Of a DNA stretch of 64,000 nt, positions 62,301-64,000 are shown one piece after another. The translations under genes were made by a program, and so were the position numbers. The notes beneath the pieces were generated by a model, which had not been told where the DNA came from, did not search any database, and worked only from the letters and a program-made list of their open reading frames with translations. The DNA is from the human T2T-CHM13v2.0 reference genome, Homo sapiens, in the NCBI RefSeq assembly GCF_009914755.1, contig NC_060934.1; one strand, 5' to 3'. The number at the start of each line of letters is the position of its first letter. Within the stretch, counting starts at the first letter, position 1.

Positions 62301-64000
62301 CTTTGTTATCTGTGCGTTCAGTTCACAGAGTTTCACCTTTCTCTTCATAGAGCAGTTTGGAAAGACTCTGTCTGTAAAGTCTGCAAGTGATTAGTTAGAC
62401 CCCTTTGAGGCCTTCGTTGGAAGCGGGATTTCTCATTTACTGCTAGACAGAAGAATTCTCAGTAAATCCTTTGTGTTGTGTGTATTCAACTCACAGAGTG
62501 GAACCTTCCTTTATTCAGAGCAGTTTTGAAACACTCTTTTTGTGGAATTTGCAAGTGGAGATTTCAAGAGATTTGACGCCAATCTTAGACATGGAAATAT
62601 CTTCATATTAAAAGTACACAGAGTCATTCGTAGAAACTAGTTTGTGATGTGTGCCTTCAACTCACAGAGTTTAACCTTTCTTTTCATAGAGCAGTTGGGA
62701 AACACTCTATTTGTAAAGTCTGCAAGTGGATATTTGGACCTCTTTGAGGCCTTCGTTGGAAACGGGATTTCTTCATATAACGCTAGACAGAAGAATTCTC
62801 AGTAACTTCTTTGTGTTGTGTGTATTCAACTCACAGAGTTGAACCTTTCTTTAGAGGGAGCAGAGGTGAAACAGTCTTTTTGTGGAATTTGCTAGTGTAG
62901 ATTTCAAACGCTTCGAAGTCAGTGATAGAAAAGGATATATCTTCGTATTAAAAGTAGACAAAATCATTCTCAGAAAACTCTTTGTGATGTGTGTGTTCAA
63001 CTCACAGAGTTTAACCTTTCTTTAATCGAGCAGTTTGGAAATACACTCTTTGTAAGTCTGCAGGTGGATATTTGGCCCTCTTTGAGCCCTTCTTTGGAAA
63101 CGGGATTTCCTCTTATAATGCTAGACAGAAGAATTCTCAGTAACTTCTCTGTGTTGTTTGTATTCAACACACAGATTTGAACCTTCCTTTAGAGAGAGCA
63201 GATTTGAAACACTCTGTTTTTGGAATTTGCAAGTGCAGATTTCAAGCGCTTCTAGGCCTATGGCAGAAAAGGAAATATCTTCGTATAAAAACTACACAGA
63301 ATCATTCTCAACAACTACTTTGTGATGTGTGCGTTCAACTCACAGAGTTTAAACTTTCTTTTCATAGAGCAGTTTGGAAACACTCTGTTTGTAAAGCCTG
63401 CAAGTGCTTTTTTGGACTTCATTGAGGCCTTCGTTGGAAACGGGATTTCTTCATATAATGCTAGACAGAAGAATTCTCAGTCACTTCTTTGTGTTGTGTG
63501 TATTCAAGTCACAGAGTTGAACCTTCCTTTAGACAGAGCAGTTTTGAAAAATTCTTTCTGTGGAGTTTGCAAGTGGAGATTTCCAGCGATTTGAGGCTAA
63601 TCTTTGAAATGGAAATATCTTCGTGTAAAAACTACACAGAATCATTCTCAGAAACTGCTTTGTCATCTGTGCGTTCAGTTCACAGAGTTTCACCTTTCTC
63701 TTCATAGAGCAGTTTGGAAAGACTCTGTCTGTAAAGTCTGCAAGTGATTAGTTAGACCCCTTTGAGGCCTTCGTTGGAAGCGGGATTTCTCATTTACTGC
63801 TAGACAGAAGAATTCTCAGTAAATCCTTTGTGTTGTGTGTATTCAACTCACAGAGTGGAACCTTCCTTTATTCAGAGCAGTTTTGAAAAACACTTTTTGT
63901 GGAATTTGCAAGTGGAGATTTCAAGCGATTTGACGCCAATCTTAGACATGGAAATATCTTCATATTAAAAGTACACAGAGTCATTCGTAGAAACTAGTTT

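Larger units (their letters stand above)
1..64000 (+). repeat. Centromeric alpha-satellite HOR array, SF1 (J1/J2 dimeric), probably human chr10 D10Z1 (S1C10H1L)
   Basis: ~170-bp tandem monomers with alphoid hallmarks (CATTCTCAGAAACT, TTCAACTCACAGAG, GAGCAGTTTGGAAACAC) throughout. GAATTC every ~339-340 bp and CTTCGTTGGAAACGGGA in alternate monomers. 1357-bp and 1019-bp periods, with GTAC (RsaI) once per C dimer and CTGCAG (PstI) once per D dimer, match the classical 8-mer/6-mer description of D10Z1. Satellite call is near-certain; chromosome assignment is about 0.8 (D12Z3 is another SF1 8-mer). Confidence 0.99.

Noticed and set aside
217-63707. Numerous 62-108 aa ORFs repeated through the window
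   Set aside because: They are translations of the satellite monomers, mostly with GTG/TTG starts, overlapping in several frames and freely broken by indels and stops. No coding signal or recognisable domain.
1-64000. CRISPR-like or prokaryotic repeat system
   Set aside because: There are no unique spacers; the intervals are themselves homologous repeats. No cas or other genes. The sequence is typical alphoid DNA.
1-64000. Embedded L1/Alu insertion, inversion or unique-sequence island
   Set aside because: Every interval between B anchors is accounted for by whole monomers, and all motifs stay on one strand. No poly(A), target-site duplication or foreign sequence seen by eye.
1-64000. Possibility that this is a computationally modelled centromere (GRCh38-style)
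   Set aside because: Rare variants stay linked over 5-8 kb at constant offsets, which a short-range monomer model would not be expected to reproduce. Local assembly errors remain untested.
1-64000. Assignment to D12Z3 or the D1Z7/D5Z2/D19Z3 dimeric array
   Set aside because: Four clearly distinct dimers with mixed 8-/6-mers and RsaI/PstI periodicity fit D10Z1 better. Not excluded without HMM or alignment to reference HOR monomers.

Overview
The whole 64-kb window is uninterrupted, single-orientation primate (human-type) centromeric alpha-satellite DNA. It consists of ~170-bp monomers arranged as ~340-bp EcoRI dimers (suprachromosomal family 1, J1/J2 type), with a CENP-B box in every second monomer. 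Four dimer types (here A, B, C, D) form a 1357-bp 8-mer higher-order repeat (HOR) carrying one RsaI and one PstI site. Together with abundant 1019-bp 6-mers, this fits the chromosome 10 array D10Z1 best (assignment from recall; not verified by alignment). There are no genes, RNA genes, transposon insertions, inversions or CRISPR arrays, and the ORFs are by-products of the repeat. The interesting content is structural. Of 49 complete B-to-B units only 17 are canonical 8-mers; the rest are 13 6-mers, 11 10-mers, 5 4-mers, a non-canonical 8-mer, a 12-mer and one odd 7-mer that breaks the dimer phase. Shared variants reveal nested local duplications with periods of 2035, 2716, 5430/6787, 7463 and 11197/10518 bp, chimeric monomers with mappable breakpoints, and lineage-specific CENP-B box mutations. 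I found no evidence for a new biological system beyond this array architecture.
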